44,744 nt of DNA from an uncultured Desulfovibrionaceae bacterium. Lineage in GTDB: Bacteria > Desulfobacterota > Desulfovibrionia > Desulfovibrionales > Desulfovibrionaceae. Positions 33,619 through 42,418 of the stretch are shown in pieces. A program made the translations under genes and the position numbers. A model generated the notes under the pieces. It had not been told where the DNA came from, ran no database searches, and saw nothing but the letters and a program-made list of their open reading frames with translations. Every line of letters begins with the position of its first letter. Positions within the stretch are counted from its first letter, which is position 1. The stretch spans positions 1 through 44,744 of the forward strand of contig CAZJFJ010000003.1 in assembly GCA_964545305.1 (NCBI GenBank). The letters run 5' to 3'.

Positions 33619-35171
33619 ATGGATAATAATCTCATCTATGGCGGAGGCTTGGCTGCCTATCTGGGACTGATGATTCTGATTGGCTATCTTGTTAAAACAG
33701 AATCAAAACTTCGGAAGACTATCTGGTTGGGGGGCGCAGTTTCGGCCTGTTTTACAACTCGGGCACCCTGGCCGCCTGTTTTCTTGGCGGCGGGATTCTG
33801 ATTGGGGCTTCCGGCAAAATATATTCCGTGGGCATATGGGACGACACATTCCTTTCGGGAGGCGCGCTGATTCTTATCGGCGGTTTCCTGATGTGCCTGT
33901 TCATGGCGGGCACCTTCTACATGCCCAAGCTCTGGCGCCTAAAATTTATTTCTCTGGGCGATCTTTTCTACACCCGCTTCGGGCGGCGTACGGGCCTTCT
34001 CTCCTCCGTGCTGATTTCTGTGAACTTCCTGTTCTGGGTAGCGGTGCAGATCCTGGTGTTTGGAAAAATCGTGAACGCGATTCTCGGATGGGATCTCCAG
34101 ATGTCAATTATTCTGGCCATGGCGGTCATCTGCACCTATACCATGCTGGGCGGCCTGTTTGCGGTGTGCTTTACCGACATCGTGCAGGTAACCGTAACCG
34201 TGCTTGGCGTTTGCGCCCTGGTGCCATACAGCATTGCCGCTGTGGGCGGCTGGGAAGTTTTTACCGTTTCCTACGACCCGGAACTGATTAAAATGATTCC
34301 CGGCACAATGGACATTGACCCGTGGCTTGCCTGGTTCGCCGCTTTTGCCGCTGTGGGCCTGGGCGGAATAGTCAGCCCGGACTTGATGCAGCGCGCTTTT
34401 TCTGCGAAGTCTCCGGGAATTGCCCGCACATCCGCGTATGTGGCCTGTTCCATAACCTTTGGCGTGTCGGTGCTGATTATCATCTGCGCCCTGGCAGGTC
34501 AGATTCTGGTTACAAACGGAACTCTCACCGATCCCTATTTGATTGGCGACCCGGCCGCCGGGCTGTCCGCCGACCCCGAACTGATCTTGCCGGTGATGAG
34601 CAAGGCTATTCTGCCGCTGCCGCTGGTGGTGCTGTTCCTGGGCGCGGGCCTGTCCGCGGTGATGAGCGCTGCGGCCACCGCCCTGCTGGCGCTTGCGGGC
34701 ATGATTTCCATTAATATCTACAGAGATATCATCAACCCTGAAGCTACGGAAAAACAGCAGGTGTTTGTGACCCGGGTGCTTGTTTTGGGCATGGGCATTT
34801 TTGCAACCATTGTGGCCCTTTATTACCCCAGCGCCGCAGAGCTTTCGGCGTTCGGCTTCGACCTCATCCTGGCTTCGCTGCTTGGTGCGATGACCCTGGG
34901 GCTGTTCTGGAAAAAGGCCAACTCGGTGGGCGCGGCCGCAGGTATGATTGCCGGTATCCTGTTCAGGGTTATCGGTGCGGCGCTAGACAGCGGGGAGTTC
35001 AGCCTGATTGCCATGGCGTACCCCGAACACTGGTACTTTTTTACCCTGTTCTCGCCTGTAATCAGCTTTGCAACAATTATAGCGGTGTCTCTTGCCACCC
35101 AAAAGAATTGTCCTCCAATTGAGCTTAAAGAAAGGCTGCACGAGTTCAAAGAAGTGGAAGCCGCTGCATAG
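33619..35171 (+). pseudogene. Sodium:solute symporter (SSS family), paralog A, interrupted by a 1-nt frameshift in an A-run
   Basis: The N-terminus MDNNLIYGGGLAAYLGLMILIGYLVK is in frame 1 (ATG 33619). The rest (EDYLVGGRSFGLFYNSG...; ORF track 33828..35171) is in frame 3, which is open from 33696. Adding one A to AAAA (33694-33697) restores GYLVKNRIKTSEDYLVGGRSF, compared with GYIVKNKIKVTEDYLVGGRKF in paralog B. Confidence 0.8.
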
Positions 35172-35193
35172 CAGCCGCTTTCAGGCAGGATTG

Positions 35194-35231
35194 AAAAAGG
35201 CTCCGCTTTTGCGGAGCCTTTCTGTTTTTTT
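35194..35231 (+). terminator. Rho-independent terminator after symporter A
   Basis: GGCTCCGC-TTTT-GCGGAGCC followed by TTTCTGTTTTTTT. Confidence 0.85.
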
Positions 35232-35252
35232 GTCTTGCTTCAGAGGGCGGCC

Positions 35253-35404
35253 CTAAAGCAGATTAATTTTGAAACATCCCTTTCGGTGCTTAATTTGCTG
35301 TCTTCATCCGCATGACTCAAAGATTCGTCTACGGCTGAAGCCCCGGCGGGAGTGGACCCCGCCTGCGGGGCGGACGGAGCGAGCAGCGCCGCCAGAGCAT
35401 TTTA
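35253..35404 (+). repeat. Repeat family 2 copy (variable GC-rich core)
   Basis: Starts CTAAAGCAGATTAATTTTGAAAC and ends GCCAGAGCATTTTATC. These are the same terminal motifs as 5556..5685. Confidence 0.45.
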
Positions 35405-35434
35405 TCAAAAATAACTTTTCAAGGTTAAAATGCC

Positions 35435-35947
35435 CTAGCCGTGAGTAATCTCGATCTTGCGGGACTCTTCCTTTACCTGCTCCCTGCGGGGCAAGGAAAT
35501 GTCGAGCACTCCCTGTTTATAAGAAGCTGTGATTTCATCGGCCTTTACATCTTCAGGCATGGTTACAACCCGGCGGAAAGAACCGAAGCTTCTTTCCACA
35601 TGGTAAACGCCTTTTTCTTCGTCCTTCTCTTCTTTTTCCTGCTTTTTCTCGCCACTGATAATCAGGCTGTTTTCCTTCATTTCAACAACAATATCTTTTT
35701 CTTCCACTCCCGGAATTTCAACGGAAATATGCCATGCCTTTTCGTCTCCGGTGATATTCATTCTGGGCTGAATGAACCCTTCCTGAACAGATTTGCCGCG
35801 CGGGAGGGCCGGGGCAAAGGCGGTCATAAGGCCAAAAGGAAATGCGGTGGAGTCCAGCATTTCATCAAACATTCTGTCCAATTCCGAGCCTAAAAACATC
35901 CGTTTTGCCGGGTTTTCATATTTTTTTACATTAATTTTGTTGGTCAT
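35435..35947 (-). CDS. Hsp20/alpha-crystallin family small heat-shock protein
   Basis: ATG 35947 follows GGAGG. The alpha-crystallin core is AWHISVEIPGVEEKDIVVEMKENSLIISGEK...SFGSFRRVVTMPEDVKADEITASYKQGVLDISLP. Confidence 0.9.
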   Translation of the reverse strand: MTNKINVKKYENPAKRMFLGSELDRMFDEMLDSTAFPFGLMTAFAPALPRGKSVQEGFIQPRMNITGDEKAWHISVEIPGVEEKDIVVEMKENSLIISGEKKQEKEEKDEEKGVYHVERSFGSFRRVVTMPEDVKADEITASYKQGVLDISLPRREQVKEESRKIEITHG

Positions 35948-36335
35948 AAAAACCTCCATAAATAGCATTTTACTTCATGTGCTTTTGTTTTTCAGCTTAG
36001 AAGGCTGTTTTTAAGTTGAAAACTTTCAAAAGCGACCTGGTAAGATAGCTTATTATACTAATAACATAAATCCGGCTGAAGGATAGTCAAGCTGTGGGCG
36101 TTATTTTGTTAATTTCCAGTTAATGGAGCGCGTAGAGCGGGAAATTTGTTTGTGGTGCAGAAAAAAAACTGATTTTCATGCTGATGTGGAATATGCTGGG
36201 GGAGGAAATCCGTTTTCCCATTCCACTTTTTGATTTTTCTTGCCAGAGTATGATGATGAGGATATATAGGCGCAATGTGTCGTGCCACGGATGCCGTTTG
36301 GCGCGCTGCCCAAATATTAATTCTATGGAGTAGAC

Positions 36336-37028
36336 ATGGACACGGGTTTATTATCCATGATTGGTCAGGCCACCTTGGGGGCCAAGCTGCTGCTTTTGCT
36401 GCTTTTGTTGATGTCTGTGGTGAGCTGGGGGCTCATTTTTCAGAAGTGGCGTTCGCTGAAGGCCGCGAAGCAAAAAGCGGAAACAGGCCTTACCCGTTTT
36501 GAAAACTCGCGCAACCTGCGCGAGGCGGTAAGCTCGCTTGGCGGCGATTCCCTGTCTCCCTTATATTTTGTTGCGGAATTCGGGGTGAATGAATTCAACC
36601 GGGTTAAAGAGCTTCAAAATACCGATGATGTTGTGGTGGATAACGTGCGCCGTGCGCTTGGGCAGGGAGTGGGGGAAGAAATGATTCGGCTTTCCCAGGG
36701 GCTCTCGTTTCTCGCCACCACCGGCAACACCGCTCCGTTCATAGGCCTTTTGGGCACGGTATACGGCATTATGCACGCCTTCCATAATATAGGCATGCAG
36801 AAAAGCGCTTCGCTGGCATCGGTTGCCCCCGGCATCTCCGAGGCCCTTGTGGCCACCGCTGTGGGGCTTTTCGTGGCCATTCCGGCTACCGTCGCCTTTA
36901 ACTCGTTTAATAGCCGCTTAAGCGACCTTGAGGTTCATCTTACAAACTTCAGCTCGGCGTTTCTCAACCGCGTGCAGCGTGAAATAAACGCTCCCAAAAA
37001 CACCACTACAGCAGCGGGCACAAAGTAG
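36336..37028 (+). CDS. tolQ: TolQ (MotA/TolQ/ExbB proton channel family)
   Basis: N-terminal TM followed by FQKWRSLKAAKQKAE. Conserved block TAPFIGLLGTVYGIMHAF...VAPGISEALVATAVGLFVAIPA. Confidence 0.8.
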   Translation: MDTGLLSMIGQATLGAKLLLLLLLLMSVVSWGLIFQKWRSLKAAKQKAETGLTRFENSRNLREAVSSLGGDSLSPLYFVAEFGVNEFNRVKELQNTDDVVVDNVRRALGQGVGEEMIRLSQGLSFLATTGNTAPFIGLLGTVYGIMHAFHNIGMQKSASLASVAPGISEALVATAVGLFVAIPATVAFNSFNSRLSDLEVHLTNFSSAFLNRVQREINAPKNTTTAAGTK

Positions 37029-37035
37029 GTAAGCC

Positions 37036-37482
37036 ATGGAAACCCCAAGCAGCCATCACAGCAACTTTGTTTCGCAAATCAACGTCACCCCCTTTGTTGA
37101 CGTTATGCTGGTGCTCCTGATTATTTTTATGATAACCGCTCCCATGATGACCCAGGGCCTGGACGTCAAATTGCCCACAACCCAGGCGGTGGATTCGCTT
37201 CCCTCCGATGAACCTACAGTGACCATGACCATCAAAGCCGACAGCACCATCTGGCTTGACCAGTATCAGGTGGAAACGTTGGAAAACCTTACCGCCATGC
37301 TTGAGGAAAACGTGATCAAACCCGGCAAGACGCTGTTTATTCAGGCCGACAAGAATGTGAACTACGGCGTGGTGGTGGATATGATGGGCCGCATCAAAAT
37401 GGCCGGAATTGAAAACGTGGGTCTGGTGGCCGACAAGGTAGAGCCCGCGCTTCCGTCCACCACGGATAAGCCTAAGAAATAA
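37036..37482 (+). CDS. tolR: TolR (ExbD/TolR family)
   Basis: INVTPFVDVMLVLLIIFM (conserved Asp in the TM helix), followed by LFIQADKNVNYGVVVDMMGRIKMAGI. Confidence 0.85.
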   Translation: METPSSHHSNFVSQINVTPFVDVMLVLLIIFMITAPMMTQGLDVKLPTTQAVDSLPSDEPTVTMTIKADSTIWLDQYQVETLENLTAMLEENVIKPGKTLFIQADKNVNYGVVVDMMGRIKMAGIENVGLVADKVEPALPSTTDKPKK

Positions 37483-37515
37483 CAAGGCCGCCATGTACGC
37501 TTTTAACCCAAGGGT

Positions 37516-38526
37516 TTGGGCATGCGCTTCCGCACTAGTTTAACTGTTTCCTTTTTTCTGCATATCGCCATAATTTTGCTGCTTCTGGCAGGAGCTGCAA
37601 TTATGCCTTCCGTGCGGCTGGACATCCCGCAAAATCAGGTGACGATCATTAACCTTGACGGCCTTGAGGGCGGAACTGAAGCTCCGGTAATTCCCGTGAA
37701 ATCCAAGGGGGCCAGCAGCAAAAGCAGCCCGCAGGAAAAAGCTTCCACCGAGCAGGCGGAGGCTAAGGCGGAAGCAAAGTCCAAACCTGAACCCAAGCCT
37801 GAACCCAAGCCGAAGGAAGAACCCAAGCCAAAGATCGAGGAGCCGGATCATCCCAAGGTGCTGGAAGAGCCTAAGCCCAAAGAAAAGCCCAAGGTTGAGG
37901 AACCCAAGCCTGAACCCAAGCCGAAGGAAGAACCCAAACCAAAGGATGAGCCAAAGCCCAAGCCCAAGGATGAACCTAAGCCCAAAGATGATTCTAAGGA
38001 AAAGCCCAAGGATGAGGCCAAGGATAAATCCAAGGACGAGGGCAAGGCCAAAGAGGATAAGCCCAAGGATGCCAAGTCCAAGGACGGTTCGGACACCAAG
38101 GGTGATTCCAAGACGAAGTCAAAGAGCAAGGGCGTAGGCGGAGATGAGGGCCTTGACGATGTGCTCAGCGCCATCCAGTCCCAGGTCGATTCGCGGGATA
38201 AAACCGGAGGCGGATCGGGAACCGGGCAAGGGCAGGGCCACGGCAGCGCCGTGGGCATCCAGGCTTCTTATGCCGACACCATCAAGGCGATAGTGCAAAG
38301 CGCCTGGTCATATTCCGGGCGTGCCGACCGTGCGTCGCTTTCCGCGGTTGTGCTGCTTCAGCTCGATTCCAACGGCAAAATTCTTGGCTACCAGATTATC
38401 AGAAGCTCGGGCGATCCGACTTTTGATGGCACTTTGAAGACCGCGATAGCCAAATCTGAAAATAAATTGCCGGCGCCGCCCAACGCCAGCATGCAGAATC
38501 TGGAAATCACATTCTACGACCAGTAG
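37516..38526 (+). CDS. tolA: TolA-like protein (TM anchor, Lys/Pro/Glu-rich spacer, TonB_C/TolA C-terminal domain)
   Basis: TTG 37516, or ATG 37522 (MRFRTSL...). One TM helix. A KPEP-type spacer of about 110 aa. The C-terminal domain is YADTIKAIVQSAWSY...ILGYQIIRSSGDPTFDGTLKTAIAKS. Confidence 0.75.
   Translation: MGMRFRTSLTVSFFLHIAIILLLLAGAAIMPSVRLDIPQNQVTIINLDGLEGGTEAPVIPVKSKGASSKSSPQEKASTEQAEAKAEAKSKPEPKPEPKPKEEPKPKIEEPDHPKVLEEPKPKEKPKVEEPKPEPKPKEEPKPKDEPKPKPKDEPKPKDDSKEKPKDEAKDKSKDEGKAKEDKPKDAKSKDGSDTKGDSKTKSKSKGVGGDEGLDDVLSAIQSQVDSRDKTGGGSGTGQGQGHGSAVGIQASYADTIKAIVQSAWSYSGRADRASLSAVVLLQLDSNGKILGYQIIRSSGDPTFDGTLKTAIAKSENKLPAPPNASMQNLEITFYDQ
37789..37944 (+). repeat. In-frame 45-nt direct duplication within the TolA spacer
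   Basis: GAACCCAAGCCTGAACCCAAGCCGAAGGAAGAACCCAA(G/A)CCAAAG occurs at 37789-37833 and at 37900-37944 with 1 mismatch. The offset is 111 nt (37 codons). Confidence 0.85.
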
Positions 38527-38568
38527 CGCCTTTGCCGGTATTTCGGAAATCTGAAAAAGACTGCTGGC

Positions 38569-38584
38569 TGGCAGAGATTTTGCA
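38569..38584 (+). promoter_or_regulatory. Sigma-54 (-24/-12) promoter
   Basis: TGGCAgagattTTGCA. Both pentamers match consensus with exact spacing. Lies 117 nt upstream of ATG 38701. Confidence 0.7.
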
Positions 38585-38700
38585 GCCTTTCCAGCTGAAG
38601 AGACGTTTTTTTGACCAGGATTGCCTATAGGTCATTGATTAAGCGTCTTAATATTGGTATTCCTATTTATATTAAAGTATAAAGGCAGGATGCAAGCTTA

Positions 38701-39465
38701 ATGGCTGATGAAGATACTAGCCTTAAAAACCAAAGCCCTGAGCTCGGAGAAAACCAGGAAGTTCTGATGGATTCGGAGGACCTGTTTGATGAACAGGGTA
38801 ATCTGAACACGCAGGCCGTCGCGCCGGTTTCTTCCGGAGGCAGCAAGGTTGAGCTTGACCTGGATGATGCGCCTTTCCTGAAAGAAGAAGAAAAAGAGAG
38901 CAAACCGGAAGAAGCAGCCAAGCCGAATGAGGGCGAACTTGCGATGCCCGCGTCCGAAGAGGCCGCGCCGGAAAGCTTCATAAAAAAACTGCTCAAACGA
39001 AAGAAATTGTTGATTGGAGCCGGAGCCGGGCTTGTTCTTTTAATAGCGGGCATTGTCGTTTTGCTTCTGCTTGGCGGGGAGGAACCTCCCAAGGAAGCTG
39101 CGCCAGAAACCCATACTGCGGAGCAGACGGAACCGCCTTCTCCGGTTGAAGTCCTGCCGGGCGAAGTGCTGATTCATTGGGAACCGTTCTGGGTGGAATA
39201 TACCGGCCAGGAAGGGGAAACCAGGTTTCTCATCTGCGAATTGTCCTCACCCACAACCGACCCTGAACTCAAGGCGGAGGCTGATTCAAAAACCCTCGCC
39301 ATTCGCGACGCCATTTATTATTATTTGGCGCACAAGCCGCTCACCTTCCTGTCGGAGCAAAATAACGCGGACGTTTTGAAGGAAGATTTGCTGGGGGTGA
39401 TCAACGGCTATCTCACCCGGGGGCAATTGAGCAAACTTTATATTGAGAATTACCTGATTCGCTGA
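38701..39465 (+). CDS. FliL-like flagellar basal-body-associated protein (long acidic N-terminal extension)
   Basis: One TM helix (LLIGAGAGLVLLIAGIVVLLLL). The C-terminal domain WEPFWVEYTGQEGETRFLICELS...LAIRDAIYYYLAHKPLTFL...LKEDLLGVINGYL...LYIENYLI fits the FliL pattern. Sigma-54 promoter upstream. Confidence 0.6.
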   Translation: MADEDTSLKNQSPELGENQEVLMDSEDLFDEQGNLNTQAVAPVSSGGSKVELDLDDAPFLKEEEKESKPEEAAKPNEGELAMPASEEAAPESFIKKLLKRKKLLIGAGAGLVLLIAGIVVLLLLGGEEPPKEAAPETHTAEQTEPPSPVEVLPGEVLIHWEPFWVEYTGQEGETRFLICELSSPTTDPELKAEADSKTLAIRDAIYYYLAHKPLTFLSEQNNADVLKEDLLGVINGYLTRGQLSKLYIENYLIR

Positions 39466-39671
39466 ATTCGGGAGCTTTGGTTTTTTATCGTCTGTAGAAA
39501 TCAATCTGCTTTGGGTGTTGTTTGCATATCTGATCGGGAATTTTTTGAGAATGCCCGGCGGAATTTTCCATGAATTTTCCACGAAATTGACATGACGCGG
39601 TGGCAGCGTTTTTGGATGAAAAAGTAAAAAACTTTCGTTCTGCTGCTTTTATGCTTCAGCCAATGCAGTTT

Positions 39672-39817
39672 TAAAAAGTTTGAAAATTAAAACAGGCTTG
39701 GAGCAGCCGGTTTTGTGGTTTGCCCCTCTGAACTGATGGCGAAACTGCCTGCGCCTGCGCCCGCGGGTGGGCGGCACGGCTTGTCCCGCCAAAGCATTTC
39801 CTCAGAAGCAGCCTTTC
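39672..39817. repeat. Probable repeat family 2-related segment abutting family-1 copy D
   Basis: GTTTGAAAATTAAAACAGGCTT resembles the reverse complement of AAAGCAGATTAATTTTGAAAC. The core is GC-rich and the segment ends CCAAAGCATTTCCTC. The similarity is loose. Confidence 0.3.
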
Positions 39818-39934
39818 TAGAGCAGTTAACGTCTCAAATAATTGCTTAACGGGAGGCAAAGCCTTCCTGCAATCATTTGGCGGCAAGGATTTGTCTTCAA
39901 ATCCTTGCCGAGCATTTCAAATGTGCCATGCTCT
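39818..39934 (+). repeat. Structured intergenic repeat, family 1, copy D
   Basis: TAGAGCAGTTAACGTCTCAAATAATTGCTTAACGGGAGGCAAAGCCTTCCTGCAATCATTTGGCGGCAAGGATTTGTCTTCAAATCCTTGCCGAGCATTTCAAATGTGCCATGCTCTGG. Confidence 0.85.
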
Positions 39935-40085
39935 GGATGATAATATCCTGAAAATCCCCCTCCGAAATGGTATGCCCCCATCAGGTTTTCAAAGTTTCAG
40001 CCGAAAGGGGCTTTTTTATTTTGTCTACCTGATGGGGAGCATGGCAAAATCTTGGAAGGGGCTTTCATTTATAAAACATACGGAT

Positions 40086-41045
40086 TTAGGCAACCTTGGC
40101 CCCGGCTTCTTTTCCTCCGGCGGGCTCAAGCGGGTTTTTTTCAGATTCCCTTTTTTTATCCTTGATTGAAATAATCATCACCACCGCACCGATAACGAGC
40201 ACTGCTCCGATTCCGCCCATAAAGGTGAAGGCCTCTCCCCACCAAAAGAAGGCGAATACAGCGGCCAGAAACGGCTCCGAAGCGGTTTCGAACACCGACA
40301 CCCTGGTGGCGGGAAGGCGTTTGAGCCCCTCGCAGAAGCAGAGATAGGCAAACCAGTTGCAGATAAGGCCCAGCGCCGCTAAAGATAGCCAGACTTCCAG
40401 GGTCTTGTCCGGCATGAAACTTACAAACGGGAACATACACAATGCGCCGACCGGCAAAATGTGCATATACAGAGAAACCGGGGATACGTTATCGTTCAGG
40501 TATTTTTTGGCTACAAGCGAGTGCAGGGAGAACAGGAACCCGGAACCTAGCCCTGCCGCCATTCCGATCATGGAGCTGCCTTCAGGCAGCCCTCCGCCCG
40601 ACAAGGCGATCATGCCGGCCCCGGCAATTGCGAGAAAAATGGCGAATATTTTGCTGCCGCCCATAGCTTCCTTGAAGAACAGGTACGACCATATGGCCAC
40701 CCAGATGGGGGCGGTGTTGTTAAGGACCGAAGTGGTAGCCGCCCCGGATTTATGCACGGCGAACATGTACATGAAAAAGAGAATTCCCACGCCGGGAATG
40801 CCGAAAAGGGAAAATACGGCTCTTTGCCTGGGAGTAATTTTCCAGGCTCCGATAATCATGCCGTGGACGATGAAGAACGCGCCGCCGAAAAAGGCGCGCC
40901 AAAACGCGCACTCAACCGGGCTTACCCCTTGCGCCAGGGGGTAACGGGTAACCGGGCCGATCAGGCTGAATGAAAGGGCGGCGAGAAAAACCATTAAATA
41001 GCCGATCAGGGCTGTACGGTTATTTTCTGGGGTTTGAGCCAGCAT
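40086..41045 (-). CDS. EamA/DMT superfamily transporter
   Basis: 319 aa with ten hydrophobic helices in a 5+5 arrangement and a charged C-terminal tail. Lies 113 nt downstream of amidinotransferase B on the same strand. Confidence 0.75.
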   Translation of the reverse strand: MLAQTPENNRTALIGYLMVFLAALSFSLIGPVTRYPLAQGVSPVECAFWRAFFGGAFFIVHGMIIGAWKITPRQRAVFSLFGIPGVGILFFMYMFAVHKSGAATTSVLNNTAPIWVAIWSYLFFKEAMGGSKIFAIFLAIAGAGMIALSGGGLPEGSSMIGMAAGLGSGFLFSLHSLVAKKYLNDNVSPVSLYMHILPVGALCMFPFVSFMPDKTLEVWLSLAALGLICNWFAYLCFCEGLKRLPATRVSVFETASEPFLAAVFAFFWWGEAFTFMGGIGAVLVIGAVVMIISIKDKKRESEKNPLEPAGGKEAGAKVA

Positions 41046-41158
41046 GTATGTTCCTTACTTATCGTGTTTATAATGTTTTGGCCGCCTTCCACCAGCCTAG
41101 GAGGTTTTCTGGCGGAAGGGCAGGCCAATGATGGGGTTTTTAGTCAGGCGATTGCGGT

Positions 41159-42346
41159 TTAATATCCTGCAATCTGCTTGGGGAAATAATCCTCACAACC
41201 GCCTTCGCGGTGAACGTCCAGTGTTGTGCAATGGAGCATGCCCCCGAAGCGGAACACTGCGTCATATTTAACGGGCATCACTTCAAAGCCCATTTTGTCG
41301 AACTGCTCGCAGAATGGTTTTTCATTTGCATCCACACAAACCATATTGGGGCTGAGAGAGAGAATGTTCATGGAAATCCAGTTGGTTCCGTTTTGTCCTT
41401 GCCCCTTGACAGTATTGCACAGGGTCAGTTTGTCGGTCCAGTGAAATATGGGGTCGGTGGCCGGAATCAATTCCCATTCGTTGATCTTCATCAGTTCCAG
41501 GAATTCAGGGGTCATGGGCGGCTTGCCGGGGCAGAACATGGCAAGGCCGGGGCGAAGCAAGTTCAGCGAACAGTCGATATGCCACGGGCGGAAGAACTTG
41601 CTTACCGAGGTGTCGAACGCGATTTTATGCACCCGGATTCCCTGCCTGGCGAGGTAGCGCCTGACCCAGTCGAATCCTTTTTTATTGGTTACTGCGGAGG
41701 GTTGCAGGAAAATGTCCTTGCCCGCGCGGGCTGCGTCCGCGGCGTCCCAGAGCGGTTCTTTTTCCGTGATCTGGAATTGACCGTTGCGCTGCATTTTCGC
41801 TTTGTCGTCATCATCCCAGACATTGTCGTAATTATAGTAGTAGTTTTTCACATACGACTCGTCAGTGAGCCTGGGTTTGGGGGCGGATGTCCAGATGAAG
41901 TCGGGGTCTTCCTCATACCATTTCTCAAACAACGGGCGCAGGGCGAGATATTCGAACCAGCGGGAACGCAGGGAGCATGTGGCCTCAATAATCTCATTGC
42001 CCACGGGAAGGAACAGGTCGCGGGGGTTGGAAATGCCGCGCTGATTGATCTGGGTCCAATCGGGCGTGGAAACGGCCTGAACCCGGAGCATGGACTCGTG
42101 CGGAACAACCCTGTCCACAACGGCTCCTTGCTTGTTCATGATTTTTGCGAATTCTTCCTGCTGCTCGCAGGCGAGTTGCACCATTTCTTCAGGAAATGGC
42201 CCCCATGTTCCAAACGGAAAATCTCCGTTTACATTGTTATAATGCCATGCCGGTTCCGGGGCGGGAATCTGGGTGCCCCTCGCGGTTCCAAGCACCACCC
42301 TTTTTAGCGGATCCCATTCGTTCCAGCTGTTTATAATCTTTGCCAT
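41159..42346 (-). CDS. Amidinotransferase, glycine amidinotransferase (AGAT/StrB1) family, paralog B
   Basis: ATG 42346 (MAKIINSWNEWDPLKRV) follows GGAGAG. Blocks GNEIIEATCSLRSRWFEY, WDAADAARAGKDIF, PWHIDCS and GGMLHCTTLDVHREGGCEDYFP. By eye roughly half the residues are identical to paralog A, including the same C-terminal tail. Confidence 0.85.
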   Translation of the reverse strand: MAKIINSWNEWDPLKRVVLGTARGTQIPAPEPAWHYNNVNGDFPFGTWGPFPEEMVQLACEQQEEFAKIMNKQGAVVDRVVPHESMLRVQAVSTPDWTQINQRGISNPRDLFLPVGNEIIEATCSLRSRWFEYLALRPLFEKWYEEDPDFIWTSAPKPRLTDESYVKNYYYNYDNVWDDDDKAKMQRNGQFQITEKEPLWDAADAARAGKDIFLQPSAVTNKKGFDWVRRYLARQGIRVHKIAFDTSVSKFFRPWHIDCSLNLLRPGLAMFCPGKPPMTPEFLELMKINEWELIPATDPIFHWTDKLTLCNTVKGQGQNGTNWISMNILSLSPNMVCVDANEKPFCEQFDKMGFEVMPVKYDAVFRFGGMLHCTTLDVHREGGCEDYFPKQIAGY

Positions 42347-42418
42347 AACGATCTCTCCTGGTATTAGTTGGCCCGCCAAGCCCATATTTGGCCTATTCCG
42401 GGCGCAGAGTTTGCCGAA

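Noticed and set aside
33502-34291. The N-terminal extension of ORF 33502..33801 (MPCNGRTP...) and ORF 33680..34291
   Set aside because: The extension has no similarity to paralog B, whereas the ATG at 33619 aligns with the paralog's start. ORF 33680..34291 is the third, out-of-frame reading of the symporter gene and gives an Arg/Gly-rich product.
37756-38085. Periodic KPEP-type repeats, considered as a possible CRISPR array or non-coding tandem array
   Set aside because: The periodicity is in-frame within the TolA spacer domain and encodes Lys/Pro/Glu-rich linker. There is no repeat-spacer architecture and there are no cas genes.
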